A stretch of DNA of 64,000 nt from an uncultured Acidobacteriaceae bacterium (GCA_963798035.1 CAWCRW010000005.1:133227-197226), one strand, 5' to 3'; positions 38,362-48,556 are shown, counted from the first letter of the stretch. Numbers and translations are program-made. The notes: generated by a model not told the origin, from the letters alone.

Positions 38362-39039
38362 GTGACCTCCGAACCGAAAAGCGGTCCGCCTAATCCGGAG
38401 AAATCTGCGCCTCTCCATCTCGGCGAGCGGTTCACCCGAGCCGTCGACTACGCACGCACGCTTCACATCGAGCGGCGCAAAGGTTCCGAGATCCCGTTTA
38501 TGGCTCATCTCCTCGGTGTGGCATCGCTGGTCATGGGTGAAGCCGGCCATGTCCTCTTCCCGGTCACCGAAGACATGGTCATCGCCGCCCTGCTCCACGA
38601 TGCAGTCGAAGATCACGGCGGTTCCATCCGCCTCGCAGATGTCCATTACATCTTCGGCGCCAACGTCGCCCGCATGGTCGAGGCGCTCTCCGATACGTTG
38701 GCAGAGCACCCCGAGCAAAAAGAGCCGTGGGAACAGCGCAAGCAAGACTACCTCGCGCGCCTTCGCGGTGAACCGGCGGACGTCCAACTGATCTCCGCCG
38801 CCGACAAGCTTTACAACGCCCGCACCATCCTCGACGACTACCGCATGATTGGCCCCGAAGTCTGGAAGCGCTTCAAACGCGGTCGCGACCTGCAACTCTG
38901 GTACTTCAACGAACTGCTCAAAATCTTCAAGTCCTCGAGACCCAACCGCATCGTCGAGGAACTGGAGCGCGTTGTCGCGGATCTGACGCGTATCTCGGCA
39001 AACGAAAACGCGACGAAACCAGCCACTTCGGCGAGTTGA
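38362..39039 (+). CDS. Stand-alone RelA/SpoT-type HD-domain hydrolase (small alarmone hydrolase-like)
   Basis: H---RKG--IPF--H, ALLHDAVED and ADKLYN motifs; no synthetase domain. Confidence 0.8.
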   Translation: MTSEPKSGPPNPEKSAPLHLGERFTRAVDYARTLHIERRKGSEIPFMAHLLGVASLVMGEAGHVLFPVTEDMVIAALLHDAVEDHGGSIRLADVHYIFGANVARMVEALSDTLAEHPEQKEPWEQRKQDYLARLRGEPADVQLISAADKLYNARTILDDYRMIGPEVWKRFKRGRDLQLWYFNELLKIFKSSRPNRIVEELERVVADLTRISANENATKPATSAS

Positions 39040-39123
39040 AGGGTACCATCGGTGGGCCGGACGGCTATCCGAACCCCAAACCTTCTGCCTACGGTTGGGG
39101 TATCATTGCGTCTATAGAATTTG

Positions 39124-40356
39124 ATGGCTCTTCCCCTTGGAGCCGCATCGGTGGTGTCTGTGTCTCGAACCTTTCAACGCATCGTCTTCGGCTTGGCCGC
39201 GACAGTATTTGCAGCACTTGGCCTGGGGTTCGTCCTCGGCCAGGTAGGATTTTTCGGCGTGCACGCGGGCAGCGAAGAAGATGGCGCCTACCGGCAGATG
39301 CACGTCTATGCCGAGGTCCTCAAGCGTATCCAGAGCGACTACGTCACCGAGCCCAACATCGGCAACGTGACGGCCGGCGCGATGCACGGCCTGCTGGAGT
39401 CGCTCGATGCCGATTCTAGCTACCTAAGCGCTTCGGAATACAAGATTTACAAGGAACGCCCGGATTCAGGCGTGGCCCAGATTGGGGTCACAGTTTCGAA
39501 GCGTTTCGGCTATGCCACCATCGTCAGCATAGCTCCCGGCTCACCGGCCGAACGTGAGCACCTCTCCGACGGGGATGTCATTGAATCCATTGGCGACCAA
39601 TCCACGCGCGAGCTGTCTCTGGCGGTCATTCGCCTCATGCTCGACGGCAAGCCCGGCACCACCGTTTCGCTCTCCGTGGTACGTCCCCGCAAACAGGACC
39701 CGGACAAGCTGACGCTCACCCGCACCGTTACGCCGTCCCCGGCCCTCAGCGAACAGCAATATGAGAACTCCAGCATCCTCTATTTGAAGCCTGGCGTTCT
39801 TACAGCTGCACGCGTCGACGAAATTGCATCCAAACTCAAATCAGCTGGCAAGAGTCACAAGGTTCTACTTGACCTCAGAGATTGCTCGCAAGGGGACTCC
39901 GCCGAAGGCCTGCGCCTGGCCAACTTCTTCATCAATCAGGGCACACTGGCCACTCTCGAAGGCCAGAAATTTGCCACCCAGTCTTTTACCGCTGATTCCG
40001 GCAAATTCATTACCAGCGCCCCGCTCGCCGTCCTCGTCAACCGCGGAACCTACGGCGCGGCAGAGCTGACCGCGGATGCCATTGAAGGCGCAAAGCGTGG
40101 CGACGTGGTTGGCGAACGTACCTTCGGCGAAGGCTCCGTACAAAAGACAATCGAACTCCCAGACGGCGCAGCCCTCTTGCTGACCGTCGCCAAGTTCGAG
40201 GGTCCCGATGGCAAGAAGATTCAGGATGATGCGGTCACGCCTACCGTGCAAGTGGGGCAGGCGACGGATGACGAAATCGACGAAGGAAATCCGTCTCCCA
40301 AGGGCGATGAACCGCTCAACAAAGCGCTCGAATTGTTAAAAGCTAAAAACGGGTAA
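39124..40356 (+). CDS. S41/CtpA-family PDZ protein, predicted catalytically inactive (start may be GTG 39160)
   Basis: GLLESLD--S-Y, PDZ GD-I--I, LDLR, VLVN-GTYGAAE and GERTFGEGSVQ motifs. Confidence 0.85.
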   Translation: MALPLGAASVVSVSRTFQRIVFGLAATVFAALGLGFVLGQVGFFGVHAGSEEDGAYRQMHVYAEVLKRIQSDYVTEPNIGNVTAGAMHGLLESLDADSSYLSASEYKIYKERPDSGVAQIGVTVSKRFGYATIVSIAPGSPAEREHLSDGDVIESIGDQSTRELSLAVIRLMLDGKPGTTVSLSVVRPRKQDPDKLTLTRTVTPSPALSEQQYENSSILYLKPGVLTAARVDEIASKLKSAGKSHKVLLDLRDCSQGDSAEGLRLANFFINQGTLATLEGQKFATQSFTADSGKFITSAPLAVLVNRGTYGAAELTADAIEGAKRGDVVGERTFGEGSVQKTIELPDGAALLLTVAKFEGPDGKKIQDDAVTPTVQVGQATDDEIDEGNPSPKGDEPLNKALELLKAKNG

Positions 40357-40658
40357 GCGCAGCGCCACGATTCCCGATCTTGCCCGGATCATGTATCGTC
40401 TGGTTCTGCGCCGACGACCGCCGATTTCGGCAGAATGCGAAGCGTGCTAGCCTTAAACGATAGGGGTTTCCGGATTACTTTACCGTGAGCAATCTGCGCT
40501 GATTCTTTACCCGCTGATTGTCCTGTCGCTGGGTCAGCGTTTCTTCGCTTCTCGTCAGCAAAAGCAAGCACGGACAGTGCAGGGCGCGTGATTCGGGAGC
40601 CTGCTCGCGGCAAGTTTTCGCATCGCTCGAGACAAGATGCCAAAGAGGCCTGAAGCAG

Positions 40659-43076
40659 TTGGCTGCCACATCCAATCAGCCGAACCAACAGCACGGCATG
40701 GGTCGCTACCATCGGCTTGACCCTGAACCGGCGCCGTTGGTGCGACGCCACAAGCTGGCCGGCAAGGTCGCATTCGCAACCCTCTTCTTCCTGGCGCTTG
40801 TCACCGGTTCGCTCGCCGGACTGATTCTCGTCTATTCCGTCGATCTCCCGCAGATCAACGATCTGGAGCACTACCGGCCTTCGACCACCACGGACCTTTA
40901 TGATCGCAACGACCACATCATCGGTTCGTTCGCCCTGCAGCGCAGGGTGGTCGTCAACTACGACGACTTCGCCCCAATCCTGCGCCAGGCAGTCATCTCC
41001 ATTGAAGACAAAAGCTTCGAATCGCATTGGGGCATCAACGTCCTGCGCATCGCCGGCGCCGTGATCCACGATCTGCGCAGCCACGGGCGTGTCCAGGGCG
41101 CTTCCACCCTGACAATGCAACTGGCGCGCAATCTTTTCCTCTCCTCCGAACGCACTGCTGGCCGCAAACTGCAGGAAGCTTACCTGGCCATTCAAATCGA
41201 GCGCGCGTTCACCAAGCAGCAGATCTTTACCCTCTACGGCAACCAGATCTATCTCGGCAGCGGCATGTATGGCTTCGAGGCCGCTTCGGAATTCTATTTC
41301 TCCAAACACGCGAAAGACCTCACCCTGACCGAGGCCGCTCTGCTCGCCGGTCTTCCCAAAGGCCCCGTGGCCTATTCGCCTCTGCTCTATCCGGAAAAAG
41401 CGCTGCGCCGGCGCAACCTGGTCCTGAGCGAGATGGAATCCGACGGGGTGATCACCCATCAACAGGCCGAAGAGTCGCGCGAAGCCCCGCTGGGCCTCAA
41501 GATCTCGCAGCCTGATGCTTCCATTGCCCCGTGGTTCCAGGAAGAAGTCCGCCGCGAATTGGAAAAGCGCTTCGGCACTGACGAAGTCCACGAGGATGGC
41601 CTCCGTGTCGAGACGACACTCGACCTTAATTTGCAGCAGACCGCGAATCGCGCCGTAGCCGACGGGTTGGCCGCCTACGAGCGCCGTCACGGCTGGAAGG
41701 GCAAGCTCGAAAATGTGCTCGTCAACGGACAAACGATCGAGTCCTACAGGCATCCGGACTGGGCCGTCGCCAGCAATCCAGGCGACTACGTACACGCCCT
41801 CGTCACCGCCGCCAGCGCGCAGGAAATACGTGCGCGGATCGGCGAGACAGAAGTTGTCTTGCTGCCCGCGGATTGGCAGTGGACCGGCATCCGATCCGGC
41901 GACGCGATCGTCAAGCCCGGCGACATTATCTACCTCCACCTCGCCGACTCCCCCCAGGGCAGCCCGCGCCGAGCCGCATTGGAACAGGACTCCGGCACAC
42001 AGGGCGCCCTCCTCGCGATGGACAACACCAGCGGCGACGTCCTCGCCATGGTAGGCGGTCGCGACTTTGCGCTCTCCCAGTTCAATCGAGCCACCCAGGC
42101 GGAACGTCAGACCGGCTCCAGCTTCAAACCCTACGTCTACGCGACAGCCATTGAAGAAGGCGCCAGGCCGAACGACATCATCGTCGACGCACCCGCCAGC
42201 TTCGGAAGCTATTCACCCCACAATTACGAAAACGACTTCAAAGGAGCGATGACCCTCACCAATGCCTTCGCGGAATCCCGCAACGTTCCCGCGGTGAAAC
42301 TCGCCGCCCGCGTCGGCATTCACAAGGTCATCGACATGGTGCACCGCTTTGGCGTCACAGCCGACATCCCTGCGTACCTGCCCGTAGCGTTGGGCGCAGC
42401 CGGTATCACGCTGCAGCAGCAAGTCGATTCCTATTCCGTCTTTCCCAACGACGGCATCCGCGTCACCCCGCGCCTGATTCGCAAGGTTTCCAACTACGAC
42501 GGGATCAGCTTGTGGCAGGATCGTCCCGAAATTAATCAGGTAATTCGTCCCCAGACGGCGCGTTCCATGATGACTCTCTTCCGCGCCGTCACCGACCATG
42601 GCACCGGCGCAGCGGTCAAGGAACTGAATCATCCGCTGGGCGGCAAAACCGGCACCACCAGCGACTTCACCGATGCATGGTTTCTCGGCTTCTCGCCTTC
42701 CGTCACCTGTGGTGTGTGGGTTGGATACGACAGCCGCGAATCTCTCGGAGAAAAAGAGACCGGCGCGCGCGCTGCCCTGCCCATCTGGATCACGCTGATG
42801 CGCGCCGCCATCGCCGGCAAAGACGATGAACAGTTCATCGCCGATCAGCAGGATGAAACCATGGATCGCGCCTCTGCGGAATCCTCAGGCAAGGCCGGAG
42901 CGCAACTCCCTATCGAGCCAGCTCCAAGAAAGCCGCAATCCCCGTCGCTCGTGGTTCCTCAAGCCAGGCCACGACCAACCGCGCTCCCCATTGCTCCCCG
43001 TCCAGGCATCAAGAACGCAGCCTTCACCCCGCCGCATGCAGCCGGAAGTACCGCTTCGCTCGCGCGACATCCTTGA
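40659..43076 (+). CDS. mrcA: Class A penicillin-binding protein 1A (start TTG 40659 or ATG 40698)
   Basis: Transglycosylase EDKSF, GASTLTMQL and RKLQE motifs; transpeptidase SSFK, SRN and KTG motifs. Confidence 0.93.
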   Translation: MAATSNQPNQQHGMGRYHRLDPEPAPLVRRHKLAGKVAFATLFFLALVTGSLAGLILVYSVDLPQINDLEHYRPSTTTDLYDRNDHIIGSFALQRRVVVNYDDFAPILRQAVISIEDKSFESHWGINVLRIAGAVIHDLRSHGRVQGASTLTMQLARNLFLSSERTAGRKLQEAYLAIQIERAFTKQQIFTLYGNQIYLGSGMYGFEAASEFYFSKHAKDLTLTEAALLAGLPKGPVAYSPLLYPEKALRRRNLVLSEMESDGVITHQQAEESREAPLGLKISQPDASIAPWFQEEVRRELEKRFGTDEVHEDGLRVETTLDLNLQQTANRAVADGLAAYERRHGWKGKLENVLVNGQTIESYRHPDWAVASNPGDYVHALVTAASAQEIRARIGETEVVLLPADWQWTGIRSGDAIVKPGDIIYLHLADSPQGSPRRAALEQDSGTQGALLAMDNTSGDVLAMVGGRDFALSQFNRATQAERQTGSSFKPYVYATAIEEGARPNDIIVDAPASFGSYSPHNYENDFKGAMTLTNAFAESRNVPAVKLAARVGIHKVIDMVHRFGVTADIPAYLPVALGAAGITLQQQVDSYSVFPNDGIRVTPRLIRKVSNYDGISLWQDRPEINQVIRPQTARSMMTLFRAVTDHGTGAAVKELNHPLGGKTGTTSDFTDAWFLGFSPSVTCGVWVGYDSRESLGEKETGARAALPIWITLMRAAIAGKDDEQFIADQQDETMDRASAESSGKAGAQLPIEPAPRKPQSPSLVVPQARPRPTALPIAPRPGIKNAAFTPPHAAGSTASLARHP

Positions 43077-43989
43077 AGATCTGTGCCTTCAACGCCTCGG
43101 GCGATGGCCACTCGATCTCACCCCGCAAGCGCATCAGAAACTCCAATTCCAGCGGCGTCTCTTCATTCAGTTCCACCGGCTCAAAATCAAGGATGTGCGT
43201 TTCCACGCTGAATCCGGCGCCTTCAAACGTCGGCCTGTTCCCGACATTGGTCACCGCCTGAAAACAGCGCTCTCCGACCGTCAGACGCGTGACATAGACA
43301 CCAAACGCCGGCAATAAGCCGGGATATGCGGCCAGGTTCACCGTGGGCACCAGCAGCCGTGATCCAATGCCGCGGCCGCGCGCTTGCGTCGAACGCACGC
43401 CGAAGGGCCTGCCCAACATCCACCGGGCCCGCTTCATGTCTCCGCATGCAATCAGCGCGCGGACTGCCGAACTGGAAACGTCAAGCCCATGCACGCGCAC
43501 CGCCCGATGCAAATGAACATCAAAGCCAAACTCCGTACCGAACGCCTCGAGTTCCTGCACACCCGCTTCGGCGCGATGGCCGAAACGAAAATTTCCGCCC
43601 TCATGCACCGAGCAAACACCCAGCCTCTCGAGCAGTACCTGCTGCACAAAAGCGCGCGCGCGCATGTTGGCCAGTGCAGCATCGAACGGAAGAACCAGCA
43701 CTTCGTCGATATCGGTCGCGGCCAGCAGGCGAAGACGCTCCGGCATCAGCGTCAGCAGCTTCGGCGCAAACTCCGGCCGAAGAAACTGCTCTGGGTGCGG
43801 ATCAAACGTGATGGCCAGCGCGCGCATCCCGCGTTCCCTTGCTTCTTTTGCCGCCGATGTCAGCAGTTGGCGGTGCCCCAGGTGCACCCCGTCGAAGTTG
43901 CCGACCGTCGCAATCGTTGGCGCAAACCCCGGCGGAATCTCGGCCAGAGACCTGTACACCGGGATCTTGCGGTCGAGTCCGTCGTTCAT
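43024..43989 (-). CDS. ribF: Bifunctional riboflavin kinase / FAD synthetase
   Basis: GNFDGVHLGH, SSSAVR and NVGNRPTF...ETHILDF motifs. Confidence 0.96.
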   Translation of the reverse strand: MNDGLDRKIPVYRSLAEIPPGFAPTIATVGNFDGVHLGHRQLLTSAAKEARERGMRALAITFDPHPEQFLRPEFAPKLLTLMPERLRLLAATDIDEVLVLPFDAALANMRARAFVQQVLLERLGVCSVHEGGNFRFGHRAEAGVQELEAFGTEFGFDVHLHRAVRVHGLDVSSSAVRALIACGDMKRARWMLGRPFGVRSTQARGRGIGSRLLVPTVNLAAYPGLLPAFGVYVTRLTVGERCFQAVTNVGNRPTFEGAGFSVETHILDFEPVELNEETPLELEFLMRLRGEIEWPSPEALKAQIFKDVARAKRYFRLHAAG

Positions 43990-44777
43990 AGAGTGGCTGA
44001 GAAAGTGAGCCCGTCGTAGGCCAGGGCCATCCCTGCGGGAAGCGTGCGGTTTGTCTCTGCGTGGCCCAGGTCGTGCGCGATGTGGGTAAACCACGCTTGC
44101 TTCGCGCCAATCCGTTGCACCCAGTCCACCGCCTGCTGCAGCGTGGCGTGACTGGGATGCGGCTTGTGGCGCAACGCCGAGAGAATCACGCAATCCAATC
44201 CTTCCAGCAGCGGAAAACTCTCCTCCGGGATCGCGCTCACGTCGGTCAGATAGGCCACCCGGCCAAAGCGATAACCGATAATTCCGACCTTCCCGTGCAG
44301 CACTGGAATCGGCACGAACTCCACGCCATGCAGGGACGTTCGCGGGCCAAGCGGCTCAACCCGCACCCGCGCGCGCGTTGGATAAGTGGCATCCGGCGAC
44401 AAGGTGTAGTCGAAGATGCGCCGCAGCACCTCTGCCGTCTCCTCGTTGGCATACAGCGGAATCACCCCACCCTCGCGCGCCACCGCAAAGCTCAACGGAC
44501 GCAGATCGTCCAGGCCGAGGATGTGGTCCGCATGGCCATGGGTGTAGAAGACGGCATCCAGCCGGGTGAGACCGGCGCGCAACGCCTGTTCGCGGAAATC
44601 AGGACCAGTGTCGATGACCACAACGCGTTCCCTGCCACCCTCATGCCAGCGCAAGAGCAGCGAAGGCCGCAGCCGACGGTCGCGCGGATCCGGCGACACG
44701 CACACCGCGCAGTCGCATCCCAGCGTCGGAACGCCCATCGAGGTTCCGGTACCAAGAAATGTGACCAGTCCCTCCAT
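43986..44777 (-). CDS. MBL-fold metallo-hydrolase (PhnP-like)
   Basis: FLGTGTSMGVP, IDTGPDFR, THGHADHILG and THIAH motifs. Confidence 0.92.
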   Translation of the reverse strand: MEGLVTFLGTGTSMGVPTLGCDCAVCVSPDPRDRRLRPSLLLRWHEGGRERVVVIDTGPDFREQALRAGLTRLDAVFYTHGHADHILGLDDLRPLSFAVAREGGVIPLYANEETAEVLRRIFDYTLSPDATYPTRARVRVEPLGPRTSLHGVEFVPIPVLHGKVGIIGYRFGRVAYLTDVSAIPEESFPLLEGLDCVILSALRHKPHPSHATLQQAVDWVQRIGAKQAWFTHIAHDLGHAETNRTLPAGMALAYDGLTFSATL

Positions 44778-44784
44778 TGCGGAA

Positions 44785-45390
44785 CTAGCGCTTGGCCGGG
44801 GGCGGCGGTGCGGGAACACCCTGCAGGGTGATCATGTTGGTCAGTTCGAGGAACGCCATGCGCACTTCGAAAAGCACCGTCTGCAAAGTGCGATCTTCCA
44901 ACTCGCTCAGATTGCCCTTGGTTTTTTCCGCCAGCACGCCAATCATGTCGATCGTCTGGCGCGCGCCCATGATGTCCACGCGCGGACGCTGGCCCTCCTG
45001 CGTTCCCGCCCCCATCTGGATCATGGAGGAGAGATAGAGCTGCTGCACAAGGTGCTCGAAGCCCACCGGAGGCTGGGCTCCCACGCCCGGGTTCTGCGCA
45101 CGAACGAGGTCTTCCAATCGCCGCGCGGAAGCGTCGTATGCCATCTTCTGTTCGCGACTCTCTTCCGCCGTCGGCGCGGGCGGCAATTCTGGCATCTGCT
45201 CATCTTCAGGCGCTACCGCCACTGATCGCTCCGCGACTGGCTCAGGCGTTGGTTCCGGCACCACCAGGCGCGGGCCCGCGGAGGGTTCGCTCGGCCCTGT
45301 CTCGCGCGGCGGTGTCGGCGTGTGTTCCTTTTCTTCTTCGGCCTTCATCTTCCGGCGATCAATCACTTCGAATTTCGGCGTCTCGCTCAT
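44785..45390 (-). CDS. DUF1844-like protein
   Basis: Acidic/Pro-rich N-terminus, then ARQTIDMIGVL-EKT-GNL--E---L---L-E-RM. Confidence 0.8.
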   Translation of the reverse strand: MSETPKFEVIDRRKMKAEEEKEHTPTPPRETGPSEPSAGPRLVVPEPTPEPVAERSVAVAPEDEQMPELPPAPTAEESREQKMAYDASARRLEDLVRAQNPGVGAQPPVGFEHLVQQLYLSSMIQMGAGTQEGQRPRVDIMGARQTIDMIGVLAEKTKGNLSELEDRTLQTVLFEVRMAFLELTNMITLQGVPAPPPPAKR

Positions 45391-45412
45391 CACTCTGTCC
45401 AATCCAATCCAT

Positions 45413-46519
45413 TCAAAATGTCGGGGGCGCGGCAAGACCGCGAGCAGTTCCCGAGGCTGTCCCCGCGCTATACGTAAAAGTCTGGCTTTTCGCTTCGGCC
45501 TCTTCGCGCATCATGCCCAACGCAAAGATGCGGCTCCCTGCTTTTAACGGTAGTTCCGCAGCGCTGGTAATCGTTCCCGCCTGCGCACCATCCAAGCTCA
45601 ATTCCGTCCCGGCCGGGGGAAGCGGCCCCTGAAGCTCGAGCGAGCGCAAATGGCGATGCACTTTGCCGCGAGACCGAATCCGTTCCACGATCTCCTGGCC
45701 CAGGTAGCAGCCCTTGCTGAAGTGCAGGGCTCGCATCTGCGAGGTTTCCTGGGGTAAATCGCGCTCCGCAATATCTACCCCGTACGTGGGAATCCCCTCG
45801 GCAATCCGGAAGGCCTCGAGCGCCGCCGTCCCCACCGGAATCGCTCCGGCCGTCGACATCGTGCGCCACAACCGCGTAACTCCGGCGACCGGCGTCCAGA
45901 TCTCATAGTGCTCGGCAAGCAACCCAAACCCGCGCAGAATCCGCAAATCCAGCCCGTTCCACTCCACACGCGTGCCCGTCATCGGCTCGGCCAGCGCAGG
46001 CAGTCCCATCCGCGTCAGCACTTCGCTCGCCCGGGGTCCCGTGAGCCCCAGTGCCGTTTCGGCGGCAGGTTCCTGCCCCAGCGAAACCAGTTCCACATCA
46101 TCCATGATGATGAAATGCTCCAGGTGCGCGAGCAGCCGGCCGTATTGATCCGCGGCGATCTCCAGTTCCAGAGCGTCCCCTTCACGCCACGCCGTTAAAT
46201 CTCCCTGGATGCGACCCTGCGCATTGAGCACTAGGTTCCACGCGCCGCCCTGCGCCGGCAGATCGTTGACTGAATTCGTCACCATGCCACTGAGCCAGCG
46301 GAATCGATCTTCGCCCCGCACCGCCACGCGCCGCATCCATCCCAGATCGTGCACCGCCGCACCGCTGAGCAGTGCCGCTGTTTCCGCCTCTGCCGCGTCC
46401 AACTCTCGTGCGGTTTGCACGCATCGGTACTCAATAAACTGCGGAGGCTTCGCTCCTGCAGCCAGCAGCGCGGCTAGCGGGGTCATCGGGGTGGTGATCG
46501 CAATGGCTGACTCAGTCAT
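45413..46519 (-). CDS. YgfZ/GcvT-family folate-binding protein
   Basis: GEDRFRWLSGMVTN and KGCYLGQE (YgfZ signature). Confidence 0.92.
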   Translation of the reverse strand: MTESAIAITTPMTPLAALLAAGAKPPQFIEYRCVQTARELDAAEAETAALLSGAAVHDLGWMRRVAVRGEDRFRWLSGMVTNSVNDLPAQGGAWNLVLNAQGRIQGDLTAWREGDALELEIAADQYGRLLAHLEHFIIMDDVELVSLGQEPAAETALGLTGPRASEVLTRMGLPALAEPMTGTRVEWNGLDLRILRGFGLLAEHYEIWTPVAGVTRLWRTMSTAGAIPVGTAALEAFRIAEGIPTYGVDIAERDLPQETSQMRALHFSKGCYLGQEIVERIRSRGKVHRHLRSLELQGPLPPAGTELSLDGAQAGTITSAAELPLKAGSRIFALGMMREEAEAKSQTFTYSAGTASGTARGLAAPPTF

Positions 46520-46667
46520 AGGGGAGTTCTTCTCGAGCCCAGCGGTTACTTTTCTCTCGCAAAGTTCGCGCGAAGCCGCATCCTGATTATAGCCTTGAGA
46601 TCAGATGCTGTTGAGGCGTCCAAAGAATCCCCGGTACCTCGAAGAAGTCGCGACCAGGAGGTCAAAC

Positions 46668-48344
46668 GTGGCGCAAAAACGCCAATTTATCTGGACTTTA
46701 GCGCTCGCGTTTTGTCTCGCCGCAGGTACCCTCGCGGCGCAGCAGTCAGCCGCACCCTCCGCATCGCCCAGCACTCCGCAATCCGGCAATCCCTCCCAGG
46801 ATTCCAAGAAGGAGCAACCCAAAGGCGAAAGCCACATCACGCCGCAGCAGGCCCAGCAACTCTTCGCCCTGGTGGACCAGCTGCTCAAATTCTCCTCCGA
46901 CGAGACCGGCTTGCCCATCAAAAGCGACGTCAAGCGCCAGATGACCACCCGCTCCGCCGTCGAAAGTTATCTCAGCGAAAAGTTCAACGAAGACGACGAT
47001 GCCAAGCGGATGCAACGCAGCGAAATCGTCCTGAAGAAATTCGGCCTGCTAGACCGCGACTTCGATCTGAAGCCATTTCTCCTCTCGCTTCTGAAAGAAC
47101 AGATCGAGGCCTACTACGATCCTAAGTCGAAGACGGTCAATCTGCTCGACTGGGTGAGCGTCGATGAGCAAAAGCCCGTACTGGCCCACGAATTGACCCA
47201 TGCGCTCCAGGACCAACACGTCAACCTGGACAAATGGAGCGATCAGACCCCGCCCGATGTGTCGACCAACTCCAGTGAAGATACCGTGCACCTGGCCAAA
47301 GACGAACTCGACACCGCGCGCGAAGCGGTCACCGAGGGCCAGGCCACGGCCGTCATGATGGACAACATCCTGAAGCCGATGGGCCATAGCCTCATCAAGG
47401 ATCCCGAGGTCGTGGACGTAATCAAGCAGAACATGACCGGATCCGGCGACTCTCCCGTCCTCGCGCGCGCTCCGCTGCTGCTCTCCGAGTCGCTGATGTT
47501 TCCCTATCGCGAGGGCCTCAGCTTCGAGCAGGATGTCTGGATGGATCAGGGCCAGGCCGCCGCATTCACCGGGGCTCTTGACCGGCCTCCCACATCGAGC
47601 TGGGAAATCATGAATCCCCGTGAATACGAAAAGGGCCGTCTGCCCGCTGTTCCATTGCTTCCCGACATTCACCCCCTCGTCGATAAGGAGTATCGGCCGT
47701 ACGACATCGGCCAGGTCGGCCAGCTCGACGTGCACATACTCGCCGGCATCTTCGGCGGCGAAACCGCGGCGCGCGACCTGACGCCGGCCTGGGACGGCGG
47801 CTTCTATTGGGCCGGCCAGCTCCGCGCGGCAACACCAGCCGAGCAGGCTTCCACCAAATCCGTCGCGCTCCTCTACCTTTCAACTTGGAAATCGAGCGCC
47901 TCGGCAACTGCCTTCGCCCGCCTCTACGAAGACGAATTGGGACGCAAATATTCCGGCGTGCAGCTGAAGTCTTCTGCGCAAACACCCGATTCTGCCTCTT
48001 CAGACGAGCAGGTTTACTCCACCAGCGAAGGTCCCGTGGTCGTCACCACGCGCGGCAAGTCGGTCTTCGTCGCCGAGAGCTTCGATCTTCCACTCGCCCG
48101 CCAACTCACATCCCTGATTCTCAACTCCCAGGGTTCCGGTGAGATGAAAATGGCCGGCCTGCAGCATGCGCCGCATGTCGAACGGACTGCATTCCGCCGC
48201 GCCTCTGCGGAACGCAGTCCTGCCCACCCCTTGTCGACGAATCGCACCCCGAGCGAACCCCTCACCGGCAGCCTGGTGCGTTTCCTTTCCGATTGCGGCG
48301 TCATGAAGGTCGCCGTGGACGCAGGAATGAAATCCGTGCGCTAG
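46668..48344 (+). CDS. Secreted HExxH metallopeptidase-like protein
   Basis: GGAGG RBS with GTG start; signal peptide; AHELTHALQDQ, a downstream EGQA, and FPYREG. Confidence 0.75.
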   Translation: MAQKRQFIWTLALAFCLAAGTLAAQQSAAPSASPSTPQSGNPSQDSKKEQPKGESHITPQQAQQLFALVDQLLKFSSDETGLPIKSDVKRQMTTRSAVESYLSEKFNEDDDAKRMQRSEIVLKKFGLLDRDFDLKPFLLSLLKEQIEAYYDPKSKTVNLLDWVSVDEQKPVLAHELTHALQDQHVNLDKWSDQTPPDVSTNSSEDTVHLAKDELDTAREAVTEGQATAVMMDNILKPMGHSLIKDPEVVDVIKQNMTGSGDSPVLARAPLLLSESLMFPYREGLSFEQDVWMDQGQAAAFTGALDRPPTSSWEIMNPREYEKGRLPAVPLLPDIHPLVDKEYRPYDIGQVGQLDVHILAGIFGGETAARDLTPAWDGGFYWAGQLRAATPAEQASTKSVALLYLSTWKSSASATAFARLYEDELGRKYSGVQLKSSAQTPDSASSDEQVYSTSEGPVVVTTRGKSVFVAESFDLPLARQLTSLILNSQGSGEMKMAGLQHAPHVERTAFRRASAERSPAHPLSTNRTPSEPLTGSLVRFLSDCGVMKVAVDAGMKSVR

Positions 48345-48495
48345 AGCGATCCCCTGGAATCGTTCTCAGAAAAGTCCTTCTAAAAGGGCACGACTTCACC
48401 GCTTACGCAAAAACTCGAGCCTTTCTGTCCGGAGGGAGCATGGGCTTCAGCCCCACGAATGAATGGCCATAGACTCCGCGGGCTTTAGCCCCAGT
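48341..48495. repeat. Cluster of short palindromes between convergent genes
   Basis: GGGCTTCAGCCC (48442-48453), GGGCTTTAGCCC (48480-48491), AAGGGCACGACTTCA, and a CTAGAGCGAT...ATCGTTCTCAG stem at the stop codon. Confidence 0.55.
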
Positions 48496-48556
48496 GTTTT
48501 TTTCATTGCAACGCCACATCAGACTTTTTCTGCCGCCGCCAATCGAATCGGCGCCC

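Noticed and set aside
40360-40650. Possible ncRNA (6S-like) between the S41 gene and mrcA
   Set aside because: Only short local stems were found, with no long irregular duplex or central bubble; an Rfam scan would be needed.
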